From the NCBI GenBank assembly GCA_964016885.1, contig OZ024749.1, positions 40,858,001-40,922,000 on the forward strand: DNA of 64,000 nucleotides. Direction: 5' to 3'. Every line of letters begins with the position of its first letter. Position 1 is the stretch's first letter. Shown piece by piece: positions 30,389 through 44,274 of this stretch. Source of the stretch: Eledone cirrhosa. Taxonomy: Eukaryota. The position numbers and the translations under genes are program-made. The notes under the pieces are model-generated. The model was given only the letters and a program-made list of their open reading frames with translations, ran no database searches and had not been told where the DNA came from.

Positions 30389-32333
30389 TAAGTTAGTGTT
30401 GATGGTGGTAGTAGAGGCAGTGATAACAGAAACACATACAGCTGTGGTGCGCCGGCATGGCAGGCTGACACGACACGAATAGAGAGAAGAAGAAAGACTA
30501 AACAGAGGAGGAACATGACTTGTCTGTTTCCATGATGGATTTATTTGAAATGGCCAAGCTGCCTAGAAGAAACGGTCGCTTGTTATACAAATGAAAGATG
30601 AAATTTAAAGCTCACACTGGTCTCCAACGAGGCAGTATCGCAATAGGAGGTTTATGGTAAATCATAGGGCTCTCAGTCCTATTATGCTGTTACAGTTCAC
30701 ACCTATGTAGGTTTAGTTGGCTTGCTACAGGCTTTATCTCATGGGAGGTTTCTTTGGTGTTACGATAGGGTCCCTCAGTCCTTATCATGATACAGGGTTG
30801 TAAGTCATAGGAGGTTTCATGGGTGTTTTAATGATAGGGGTCCCCAGTCCTATCACGATGTTACAGTTCACACATGCGTAACTTTAGTTAGCCTGCCACA
30901 GGGTAGCATCTTTACAGGTTTCATGGGTGTTTTAATGACAGGAGCCCTCAGTCCTATCATGAGATTCAACATGAAATAGAGTGTCGGTGTCAGGAATCGA
31001 ACCTACAACCTCATGAACTACACAAATGGCTATTTAACTGCAGTGAGAATAAGGACAACGGCTTTATGTCCTATTGGTGATAAGAACCCATGAATATTCG
31101 ACATGTTAGAAATTGGAGCCAAATTTACCTCGAATCACAAACTATCGTCTGAAATAAATAAACACTTAACTTTGCATTAGAAATATTAACAGCTGCTTAT
31201 ACATTGAAAGCAACAACTCCAACAGCAACTAACACAAGACCGAAGATAGAGCTTCTACGTGGTCGCTCGGTCTGTTATAAAAAAAATAGCAGCCAGATTT
31301 CCTCTCGAACCACACGTTATCGACCGTATGAAAAAAAAGCTTGCATTGTTATTGAAATGTCAAGAACAAAAGCCAACGGCATCACCATCATTATCATCCT
31401 CAACAGACAAGACAATTCATTTCTTCTTCTCTTGTTCTCACTGAGATGGCGCCAACATAAGCAATGTTGCCAGTTTATTTAGATCCTTCGTCCTCTTTGT
31501 TTGATGGTCAGGATTCAGATTAGAAATGAGATTGCGCACACAGAGATATATATTTGCATTGTCCAGGGGGTGGCTGATGTTTTTTGTTCATTTGTCCCAC
31601 ATAATTGGGGACAAATGAACAAAAAATATATATATATATAGCCGGATTCATTGCCTATACACGTGTTAGAATTAGAGTTAAGTTACCACCGTTAGCTCCC
31701 AATATCTCTCACTAAATATATATATATATATATAGAGAGAGAGAAATGGGGTGTTTAGAGAGGGCTTCATTTGACGTGAAAACAAGTCTACTACTACACC
31801 TACTCGAGAATGTTGTCAGTCATCACTGTCAGGTAACTAAAATACTTCATTAATCAACAAGCTAATCGATAAATCAATCAGCCTAGCCACCAGCAATCAA
31901 CAACATCAGGAACACAACAGAATACAACACCTAGCCACAACACTGACATGAGAACAAAATATGCGTGGTCTTGTGATTAGAGTGTTGGACTCGGGATCAT
32001 AAGATCCAAGATAGGGTGGTGTGTTGTGCTCTTGAACATATTGCTTTTCGTGATAGGGCTGGGGTCTCCAATCATTAAAACACCCTAGAAACCTCCTAAC
32101 ATGTGTGTGCCACCTAATGTAATCCTGAAACCGATCAATGTGACAAGGATGGACTATTCAATTACATACAGGTAGAGCCAACTGGGAGGGCTTCCAATCA
32201 GTTTCCGTCTACCCGAAACTATAGTAAAGACACTTGCCCAAGATGCCACGCAGTCAGATCGTACACGAAACTTCAAGATTGCTAAAGCGAACCACTGAGA
32301 CATACCTGCGTCCACACACATATATATATATAT

Positions 32334-32434
32334 ACTGGGTCCCAAAAAATGTATGCACATTTCAACAGCATTCTAATAAATATTGCCTGTACAGGTAATT
32401 AAAGTATGAATACATTTTTGAGGAACACCCTGTA
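32334..32434. mobile_element. Shorter copy of the same mariner-type MITE
   Basis: ta-ctgggtcccaaaaaatgtatg ... atacatttttgaggaacaccctg-ta; interior is the reverse complement of 22810-22840. Confidence 0.6.
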
Positions 32435-35277
32435 TATATAACGAGAGAGGGTAGTTAAGTGGGTTTACCTTTCTCGGTGTCTGAAATTTGGCACGTTGCT
32501 CTTGGTTTATATATTATATATGTACGTAGCGTAGCATATATAGTATACACAACAAAATAGTTACGGTGTGTTGAGAAGAAAGAACATATACACATACATT
32601 ATTTACAGCTTAGCTGGATAATTTAGTCATGGCTATATTTACTGACTAGTCATAACATTATATATCGGCATGGTAGTGCGGGGCTCTGGTCTAAAAGGAC
32701 AATTGCTTTACAGGCAGGATTTTAGTCCAGACTTTTAACGCTTTCATTACCATATTTCTAAATAAAGACACCGCCTCTTTGGAATTAATCTAAAATCTAG
32801 CCAAGTTTATTAATAAACTTTCTCATTAAGCTGGTGTTTGGAATATAACTTTACGAGGGTAACGACATAAAATTATAATAGACAATTTTGTATCATAGAA
32901 CCATGGCTAGTTTGGTATTCAGAGGATCTGAATGTTGCTTTTTGGCGTATGTCTCTGGAAGGAAGAATAGCTACCAATGTTTTAGATACTTGCAACAAAA
33001 ACAAATTATAACTGTCCACGGAGAGAAATTTCAAATAAGGCCGCTTACACTAGTCACCACACATACACACATACATATATCCGTATGTAGTTGACGGCTG
33101 AGAGAGAAGAGTACTCAATAGTGAAGTAGAGTTTAAATATTCATTTGATTAACGATAGCGAGTCTTGTTACAGGCGAAACTCCAGAGTAACAAGGCTCAG
33201 TATTTAACCTGAATAAAATGTATATATATATAGATAGATACACACACACCTCTGTATCTGAAATAGATATTCCGGCTTTAGAAAGGGTACCAGTATCTCT
33301 TATTATATAAACAATTTTAGCAAGATTTCCACCGAAGTTTTTTTCTTTTTAGAAAGAAGACTTGAGTGAAATAGAGATATCTCGTATAAATAATACGGCA
33401 AATATACTTTGTCATAATATAAATTTGTAGAAAGATCAAATAATGAAGTTGAATGGCGGAGAATTTCTAGAACAAGAACAGCAACAAAATCACACAAAAC
33501 AAGGATATAAGATTATTCTTTCGGTAAGTCTCGTCCATGGCACATATGTAGGTGTATGCATGTATATGTCTGTACAATCATGTGTACGTATGTTATTAGT
33601 ACAGACATTTACTGCACTCGATACAAGCTTCTGATGAATGGAAAAATCGGTTAATATATTAACCCCGGCATATGCATACATTATATACATATTAAATATA
33701 TATATTTATATATATATAATACCGATCGTCAAGCAAGGTTGCTCTCTATCTCAACATGTCCACCTGCCCTTCAGAGAAAGACAAAACAACAAACACACCT
33801 TGTCCTAAGCGAAAGACAAAGAGACATAGGAAGATTGTGTGGTGTATGTATGAGTGAGAGAGCAGAGCAAAAGAGAGAGAAAAGAAAATACCAATTCATT
33901 CAAACCAGCCCCGATCGTCACTACTACGACTACTACCATAGACACATATCTACAATAACATTTGCTTAATAAAAAAAACAGTCTTTTAACACATTTCTGT
34001 GTGTTTCTAGCGATAGAGGCTATATTTGTTCCAATCTATCCACTTCACTGTCGGATTTACACACAAAAGCCGCAGGGAATTCAAAATAATATAAAACAAT
34101 AAATATTTTTTCATAAAAAAAACCACAGAAAGCATTTAATACATTTTTCTCTGTGTTTCTAACGACGGAGGTTTTTTGTTCGTCTCCACTATCTTTCACT
34201 CCAGAGCACAATCTACGCTTAAGTACTCACAATCAGCAAGAACCTCAAAATAATTTAAAAACAAATATTTTTTTTCAATTTTGTATGATTTCTTTTCCCC
34301 TAAACAAGAGGCTGCCAAGCTTTATATAGCTTAAGATCTCTCTAAGTCTAAATCCAGCTCTGTTTTTCCATCTCTCTGAGCTTTTATGTTTTCGATTTCT
34401 GTACATACATTAAAGTGTGTGTGTGTATATATTTATATATATATATGTGTGTGAGAGAGAGAGAGAAGATCCGTTAAAAAAAGGTAGGAAACTAAAATTA
34501 AAATAAAGTACTCGAGTAAAGACGGTAGTTAATTTTATTTCATTTACAGGGGACTTCTACAGGGCTGCTAGTACTATTACATACGGTGGTAGACTTTATA
34601 CACATTGACAAAAGACAAAAACAGGAAAAACGAAAGAGGCGAGAGGAAATAATATTATATATGTGTGTGTGTATATATGTATGTATGTATATATATATAT
34701 ATATATCACGAACTTTTCAAGTGGAGTGAGTGAAGAGTGTAATAATGAGTTCAGCTTGCGGCAAAGGTTGGAAAATAATCTACATTTCCTGTAAGGTCTA
34801 CAATGAAATATGTTGTGTATATACAGTGAATGTGTGTGTGTGTGCGTGTGTGTATGTATGAATTATATACACATTATTTAAAGTGCTGTTATGATGGTGA
34901 CGATAACAATCTACGATTCTCTGAACATAAAAACCAGGATTGAGAAGACCTGAATATTTCCAGCATTATATATATTACGTACCATGAAACCAACGGGAGA
35001 GACTACGAGGTCGGTCCTTCACCTGCTAGACATAGCCACTAAAATCTCCCTTAGAAAACCCCCTAACTACCATCTTCAACAACAACAAAAATATCAGGAG
35101 ACACGTAGAACTATATAACGCTAGACAGATACATACAGAAGGCTTGGAATAATATAAAATGGGGCGGTCATAGCTGGAATGTCTTTGATCATAAATAAAT
35201 AAGCCCGGTCGATCAGGGACTGAATGCAGGCTTAGCAACTAAAGTACGTTCATGTACATGTGTGTATGTATGTATGA

Positions 35278-35309
<32 letters not shown>

Positions 35310-35818
35310 GGAAGAGAGAGAGAGGCAGAGAATTTTAACCCCATGTCAGCACTGATATAGCTGACCTATGATCAAATATTCCAGTCGCGACCATCCCAGC
35401 TGTTTTTTCCCCATCTAGACATATATATATATATGTATATACACAGTATCTATCTATTTCGTCATTTAAACGACAAGTTGTGTGTGTGTCAATAAGGGAT
35501 ATTTCTTAAGATCTGTTCGTTCGATGTGGTTCTATGATATTGTGTTATCTTGTGGTAGTTGTGATGGTAGTAATGGTAATTTGTGGGCTGTTCAGTTTTT
35601 GTCTTGTGTTGATCGGTCGTGGAAGGGAAGCAAAGGAAGGTAAAGGACATATTTTCAAATGAGGAAGACACAACTAAGCAACGACAGAAGGAGGGAGGGC
35701 AGATGTGAAATAAAAATATAAAATAAACAACACAAAAAAAACAGGTCAGCTAAGTAACGAAGACGACAAACATTAAATGCATACATATACAAATATATAT
35801 ATATATTAATACACACAC

Positions 35819-35864
<46 letters not shown>

Positions 35865-36112
35865 GTGTGTGTATAAAAGCGACGTAGGTGAAATGTAATA
35901 CTATCATCGCAACTAGATTTCAATTTTTCTTTCTCTCTCTATGTATGTATACATACATATATATATAAGCAAATACGCGAGTGGAAATTAGTAAGATTAT
36001 TGTTATATACGTGTGTGTATATATATATATATAGATAGATAGCATAAAAGTGATATGAATATATTTGGGTATTTTTTTGTAGTGGGGTTTTATTGTTGAG
36101 TAAGAAGGCCTG

Positions 36113-36152
<40 letters not shown>

Positions 36153-36589
36153 ATAATGTGTGTGGTTATACGTTGATTTTTATATGGTAGATGCATTATT
36201 GTTATTGTTTAGAACCGATAGGATCCGAGACATGATTTAAGTCGTTCCAGCCGTGACAGACAGCCTATATTTCTCCGTTTATTTTTCAGACATAATGTAT
36301 CTACAACTGCCTAAGCGAATATATCACTTTCTTTTTGGCTTGTTTGGTTATTGTTTTTTCCTTTCTTTTCTGTATATATTTTATTAAGACAGTAAAGTGT
36401 GGTCTGAGAGAAATTTAGATGTTAATTGTAGCAGGCCTAACAACAAATGTCTTTTTTTTTTATCATATATATATGGTAGGTGTTGTTGGTAAAACCACAG
36501 AATATGGATAGTGTGTGTATGTATGCATATATATTTTTTACTTTACATTATACAAAAATTATTTACGTAAACATCAAACTTTTACTTAC

Positions 36590-36830
36590 CTCAACGATCG
36601 TTGTTCATCAGAAAATGGAGATTTCAATATAATATATATACACATATATATGTGTATATATATATGTTTTATGATACAACGTGAATTAAAGTGAAATATA
36701 TATCAACGAGGTGTGTTTCTTCTTCTTGCTATAGAATGTATATTATTTATATAATATATGTTATTATATTTTGTTGTTTTAATAATAATCTATTAAAGCT
36801 TTCCTGTCCGTTCCAGAGCCGTGGCGCCGG
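36590..36830 (-). other. SAP130: Probable non-coding first exon of SAP130 (5' boundary approximate)
   Basis: Consensus donor GAG|GTAAGTA at 36589 just downstream of a GC/CpG-rich patch and CCAAT boxes; the link to the 16162 acceptor is inferred. Confidence 0.5.
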
Positions 36831-37125
36831 TCAATCAATGTTTATCTGAGGCTGGCGTCCTCATGCACCATGCTAGCACACCTAAGTATCGGGTCTTCCC
36901 ATTGGTCAATATCACTTTACACGTAAAAACAACACAACAACAACTACAAGAAAATTTGAAAAACAACAACAACAAAATCTAGACAGCCCTCATTTTTCAG
37001 TTTGCGTAATGCTTTCCCATTGGTTGATATTCATGCGCACAGCCAAAAAGAAGCATTGTCATTGGTTAATTTATGACAAGTTGGTCATCCACTGTAAAAC
37101 CCATGATAGTATTCTATTGGTTAGC
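36800..37125 (-). promoter_or_regulatory. Putative housekeeping promoter with a CCAAT-box cluster
   Basis: Four ATTGG motifs (CCAAT on minus) near 36901, 37019, 37061 and 37116, plus a GGCGCC-containing CpG patch at about 36815-36860. Confidence 0.5.
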
Positions 37126-40100
37126 TTTTACTCACCATGTGACTTTGGCATATCTCTACAGCACACCATCAAACCTTTCTTTCCGCCGTGTTTTTTGTTT
37201 TTTTTTCATATTTTTTACCATACAATATTTCTCTTGTCTACTTCTGTCGTTCTGTCTACTTATCTCTCTTTCCTGTTCTGTAGGTCTTTTGAATTACCGA
37301 GTACCAGTAATATATGGAGCGATTTGATCGACTTCCATCCACCCGTCCCTTCAAATTGCTGGCCTTATGCCAAAGGTAGAAACAATTATTTAATAGACAG
37401 GATTGAATGAGAGACAAAAGGAAATTAGTAAGGAAGACAGTAGACATGCTTTATAAGGAAATTTTCAACGCAAGGACGACGAAACCACATCGGGATGCTT
37501 ATGATGATGATAATGATGACGATATTATCTAGACAGCGTGACCTGCGAGAAATAGCAATCTAATGTCCCTCAAATCTCATATATCTACGTCTTTTTTAAA
37601 AATGGACACATTGGATTAATGTAGTCCTGGATACATTATATCTCAATAAAAAATACTGGATGGTCACCGCTGGAACGATGGGCTTGCTGGATAATGCCTG
37701 GCCTGGGGCTAAACAACGACATGGTGATTATACTACCACAACTACCCATTAATATATCTAAACAAATGCTCTTTATTTACTATCCGAAAATCAACTTGGC
37801 ATATTTTTCAAATATATTTCGTTTTTCCCCCCTCAATGAAAACGTCTAAATTACTGGAATTATACATATAACTCCGGGAAATATCTTCCACCCACGTGAT
37901 CATTATCAAGCGTGTATGTATTATTGTCGATGGCTACATACATACACACCCACAGATATATATAACGTGTGTGTTTGTACGCACTAATTGATTAGTATTG
38001 CCGAGCTATGTACACACACACACACGTGTATATATATATATATATAACGAAGGAAGTGTGGTAAGGAACCAGGTGGACCATAACGCACCAGAGTACTCAT
38101 ACTTAGGGTAGTAGAGTGGGTAATAGGAAATTGTTCAAGACCCCGACGGCAGAGCTCAAGCCGATTCATCGAAACGAATGGCTGCTCATTTTCCTATATA
38201 CATACATACATACATACATACATATGGTATGGTTATTGGAGCAATCCTATATTTAAAATGAGCGCTTTTTCGTTATTTATTTATGCCACATTTCAAATTA
38301 ACACGAGCGCTATCTAGCCCTAATATTTATATAATGTTTTTGTTATTTTTTTTATTTGAAATGCTAGGTTAAAAGGGAGAAGCGCCCATTTATAAGAATC
38401 CAGTTTAAATATTTATAATTTTCCAGTTTATTATTATTATTCATGAAGTTTCTTCAGCTAATTCTGTGAAAGACAGACGAAATTATATCGGCTTTCTACA
38501 GAAATTTATTTCACTCCTCCATTCCAAGTTTTATCCACTTTGATCGGTGACAAATTCTTTCTCGCTATCGCCATAGCAACTAATTCTCTCTGGTAAAACA
38601 TTATGGCCTACGACTTATTTTAAATGAAAATCGTGAGCTTCTTTATCCATTCACTAACTACAATTATGTCCATAAACTGATCTAGTAATAGCAACCAAAT
38701 TCCCTCAGATCCTACTTTACCGTCTTGAAAAAGAGGATAGGATGGGGTCTATATATATATATATCGAGTGGCGGCCGAAGGTGTATAACCTATTTCTATC
38801 ATTAGATCGCGGACATGCTGGGGCACCGCCTTGATAATTATATGTGTGTGTGTATCCATCGACAATAATATATACATTCAATAGAGATCACGTGAAAACA
38901 ATTCTCCAGGTGGTTGCTCATTTTCATATATATATGTGTATATATACATACACATCATACCTACCAACCTACGGTTGTCACACGCTAGGGGATTTTACAT
39001 ATGCCCATACAATCTGGAGCAGAGCTAGAGATAGATCGTTGCCCCGCCCATGCGTATTGACTTCAAATCTCCCCAATTAAATAATAAAGTACCTCTTCCT
39101 TCCTTCCTTCCTCCCTTCCTCCTCTAAATTAGTGTGACCTTTATCTTGTATTTGATCACATTCTTTATATAACAAACAGCATTTGAAAGATATATTTATT
39201 AATAAATTGTAAATCGTTCTTTCTGTTGTTTAGTCACAAGTCAGCCCCGATCGAGCAGACCTATGATCAAAAAATATTCCACTGGTTACTATACCGTCTT
39301 TTGTTGTTTTCGAAATCTAAATTATCCATGGAGGGGTGTGGTTTGTGGGAACTTTGACTGCTGTTTCTAACAGGTCGAGAGACAGCGTCAAGGCTTCCTT
39401 GTTGAGGTAATAAAATGTGGAATTGCAGAGATATTTCTGGTGTTTTCTGGGGGGGGGGGGGGAAACGACTACTATTCACTGAAGATATGAGTACGTAAAT
39501 GATTAAGGAATTCGCTTCAGAATCATGAAGTCCTGGGTTCGAACCCATTGCTTGGCATCTTAGACAAGTAACCTTTACAGTACACGCGTGTGATGACCCA
39601 AGCAACCCTTGTGAGTGTCATTTGGTAATCTGTATGGAAGCCCACCAGATAGAAAGTAGCCATAATTTTTGAAGAGCGGCATTGTCACACACTGACACAT
39701 TGATTTTACTCAAAGAGGAATTACGTCAAAAATTCACGTGTCTGGAACTATTCAGTCACCTTAGCACGTTAATTCATCGACTAGGGCAATTCAACGGACC
39801 GAACTGAGCCCATCATACACACATATATATAATTAGGAGACGAAGCAAGTCGAATAGAACTATAAATATATATATATAGTTCAAGGTCAAAACAGTAAAA
39901 AGACAACTAAAAAGAACACAGCATGATGACATTGTTTAACATTTATAAATGTGTGTGTGTAGTGACAAACAGTGAAAGATTAAAAGAACAAAAATGTGTA
40001 ATAATTCATTGTTTTACGATCGTTTCAGCTATAGGTTCAAACCTAATGATTTTAGCGATCCACGATGAAGGAAGAACTCAATACTTATAATTAAGTGAAT

Positions 40101-42029
40101 ATATAAATTGATTTATTCATTTACTTACAAACAACATAGCTACGATGTTACGATGCTTCAGCAAAGCGATTGGTTCGCTAAGCTTTCGACATATAACGTC
40201 GACAAATTCCATTTGTACTGCTGGTGTTCTCGTCTACAGCTATACCGCTTTATAGTGCTCTAGTCTTCCCCCATCATGTGATGTGATGTGATGGCGCGTG
40301 GCTTGGTGGTTAGGGTATGGAGATCACAGTTGGAGGGTTGTGTGTAAGAGCCAATCTTGTCACACACACCGTCACGCTGAATCTCCCTGAGAACAACACG
40401 TCACCAAAACCTAGTCGTTTCCTCCTTTGTTTCGCTTTTTTTTTCCTTCTGCCTTCTGTTCTCTTTTATTTTTCCTCTCTTGTCTGTTTCTTAATAGTGA
40501 TATTAGATACCTCCCCTAATTTGTCATGGCTTACTAGCTCTATACGGACGTTTAAATTGATTTCGAATATAAATATGGAGCACCAACACTCACACTTATA
40601 GAGCTTCTCGTCATCTCCATTATATTAGCTTGTTGCTATGTACGATCTCTATGAAGACATTCTCCGAAACTATTGCTGCTTGTCTTTACCTACAGGCACT
40701 TCTATACTACGCATGTTGCTTCGTCTAATAGTTTCATTAGAAAGAAGTACAAATGTAGCATAGCCTATTTATCATGTTTTATACACGTTTTCAAACCAAG
40801 TGCTTTCAGGAACCGATGGAAGGCGTGCCGTCCCCATAACCCTCCCTGGATTAAGTAGGCGAAGAAGGAGCTAAACAACAACCACCGACTCTGTCAATTC
40901 TCTTTTAACCACTACAATTTCAAACCACATAATTACTATTCGTTTATTCCCTAATAATATCGATGTTTTCTGTCATTCCCAGAGTGTTAAAAGCTTTAGT
41001 GAAAATTAGGATACATTTTTAATGCATAGCTGTGTTTTCTTTTCTACAAAAACAAGTCCATTAGTCGAAACAGACAAGCGAGGATTGATACAATAAATCT
41101 TTTGAAGTAATTTAGCTCTAGTTTCCTCTATATATCTATTTATCTTACTATACTCTTACTCTCTCATCAACCCCTTTCTGTCAGTTCATCCCCACCTCTC
41201 TGTCCATTTTATCACTCTCGGTCTCCGTCATTACCTCTCTCTGTCTTTTTTTCACACACTCTTACTGCTATTTATTCGTGGTTCTCATTGTATATATTTT
41301 ATATTTTTCTCTTCCCCATCTGTCTTAGTGCTATTCACTCACTGCTTAAATTACTCTCTCTTTATTCCCCCTCTCAGTTATTACCTTTTCTTTCCCTTTT
41401 ACTGCTTTTCACACACCGCCTCTTTGTCTCTTATCAATATACTTCTCTTCCCTCTCTTACTGCTACTCACACACCGCTTAATACTGTATCAATATCTCTT
41501 CCCTCTCTCTCACTCTGCTGAATACTTTCTCTATCAATACTCCTCTCACTTTCTTTTTGTATATCCTACTTTCTGCTCACTTTCTAGCCCTCGTTGTTTC
41601 TCACTTTTATTCACACCCTCTTTCTCCCATTTATATCATGTCTCCCTTCCTTGTCTACTTATATTTCTCCTTTCTCAATCCTATTTAATACCTCGTTCTC
41701 TACAACACCTGCTCTCTTCACTACTTTTCTAATACTGTTAAGCTAACACATTTCATTTCGTCTGCATACTGCAACACAGACTGACGTATTTAAATCCCGT
41801 TTAATACCATCCCTCAACACGCTGATTCTATGATACAAGACTGTTTATTTTAGTGTTTCTCTTTATTAAAAACCTAGCATCAATTTTATCAAAGAAGTTT
41901 TTTCAGATGGTATATATTGAAGATTCATAAAAATGCGAAAAAATAAAGACAAATAAAGAACCTAAAATAAAATTAGAAACATTTACATTAATTGATTTTC
42001 CACTTCTCCGAAAATATGCTTAGTTCTTC

Positions 42030-42320
42030 GCCCACATATTCCTAAGAGGGGTCGTAAGAGTAGGGTCCTCGCGCGCCTTCCCGAGGGTGCTGTCAACCAA
42101 CCGTCTCCACTCCCAAGCAATATTATTTCCTTACATATTCTAACCACTTGTCCATAGTACAGGACCTGTGATCTCTCAATTCGAAGAAATAGTGACTCCC
42201 TGGTCTCCGAGTTACGCCAAAGACCTTTCGAAGGAACCCCAGCAAGATTTGAATTCAGAAATATGAAAAGCCTAACTAAAATTCTTGCAAGGAACATTGT
42301 CCGACATTCAAATGAATCTG
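42030..42320 (-). mobile_element. Degenerate LINE RT C-terminal fragment (second RTE-like family)
   Basis: RNSETRESLFLRIERSQVLYYGQVVR...GRRAR resembles the LINE consensus RNSEIRE..LLRIERSQLRWFGHVVR...GRRPRGR. Confidence 0.55.
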
Positions 42321-43099
42321 ACAATTTGTGATGTCATAATAAAATGTATAATTAAAAAAATAAATAAATAAATAAAACTAGAAATGATTTAGTTTCATAA
42401 AATTACAGTGAATAATTTCAAGCTTTTTGCCTTTTGAATGTTCGAGAAAAATATTTTTAAACAATTGCAAAAGGTTTGTAGATCCGTAAGTGGGCCAAAC
42501 ACTTTTAGAATATACGGACCGGTCCTTTGAATAGAAAGAAATATATATATTTTAAGTTTTTAAAAAACTAATCGAGGTGGAAGAGGGTAGTGAAAGAATT
42601 TCAGTCATCTAAGGAAATGAGTGAATTACAAAACTTTCAATCATTCCGTGAAGGAAGAGGAATGAAATCAAGAGAGGACTACGTAGACACCAGAAATGTC
42701 TCAAACGGCCATATCATAACCAGCTGGGAACGTCTTGAGAAACAACGATTGAAGAGTCTAAATATAGGATTCAACCGGTTGGGAGGCGCTCCGTATCAGT
42801 TGGAATTGGCGAGAGTTATACAGAACCAGAGAGTAACCGAACCAAGAACTGGTTTTAATGCAACTACGAAAGAACGGTCACCCACAGAAATAACAGAAGA
42901 GGAGGATGAGACAGAAGAAGTGTATGTGCTGTCTGGACGGCGAAACACTTACAACACATTATCTCCCTTTAAAACTTACAGAAAAAAAAATACGTGTGGC
43001 TATTTCTTTGATTACCAAACTCAACACAAACGGATTAAGATGGGAATCTTTCCTTGTAATTTACCAAGTTGGCAAACTAAAACGACCTATAAATGAACC

Positions 43100-43260
<161 letters not shown>

Positions 43261-43417
43261 CGCTCACTACACTGCATCACCACACACACGTATATACACG
43301 TATTTTCGATTTCTGACACAGGAACAGTATTTCTGTCCAACCCAGAATTGGAAAATCGTAGCGTTTCGGATGTTAGTTCTTCATCAAAAAAAGAAGGCTA
43401 AATAGTGAGTCTTGTAT

Positions 43418-43453
<36 letters not shown>

Positions 43454-43748
43454 TACACACATATGTGTGTGTGTATGAAAGAAAGAGGAGTGGAGGAAGA
43501 ATTTTGAAGAGGTAATCTATTTATTGACTCCAGATTTGAACTCAGAGTCAATTTGCCACCTCTGTATGTGTGCATGTATGTATAACATCAAGTATAATTG
43601 AAGCAACATTTAATAATTCAACAACTTTAGAAGAATTTTCTCAGACAGATGACAGTATATATATTTTTTGTTTCGTTTTTATTTTATTTTGTTCTCTCTT
43701 TACTTCCAATTTATATATATATATATATACACACACATATATATATAC

Positions 43749-43779
<31 letters not shown>

Positions 43780-43997
43780 CATACATATATATATGTATGT
43801 ATGTATACATACACACATTAAACCACACAATCTAAAAGAATTAATACATACATCCAACATAGATACAAAGGATGAAGTTTTTATTATTATTAATATTATT
43901 GAAAGATTATTCCAATTAAAACGTCTATATATTTATATTTGTGTTTTCTGTAAAAGGAAAGGATGTGGGGGAGTGAGGAAAGAGAAAGGGGAGCGTT

Positions 43998-44274
43998 TTA
44001 GTCACTGTCCCAAATATCTTCTTCTTCAGAACCGTCTGTCTGTGTGCCTGCACTGCGCTGTACCTGCCTGTGAGATGTCTGTGTCGCCGTGCTTGTTGTG
44101 TGCGGTAGTCTCTGTGGTACACTCGGCATGTTGATCAAGTTGCGACGGATGTGCTGCATGCGATACAGATTCCGTCTCAGAGACTGCGCCTGGTTCAGAG
44201 TATTCCATTCCTCTTCCTCTCCTCCTCCTACCATTCCCCGTTCAGGTGGACTCTCCTTCCGCACTGGTTTGAAC
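43998..44274 (-). CDS. AMBRA1: AMBRA1 last coding exon (LIR-like EEEEWNTL, two TQT motifs, stop)
   Basis: AG at 44276-44275, phase 2; TAA at 44000-43998. Confidence 0.85.

Noticed and set aside
41288-41732. Leu/Phe/Ser-rich ORFs resembling membrane proteins
   Set aside because: Pyrimidine-rich low-complexity DNA with no exon structure or recognisable family.
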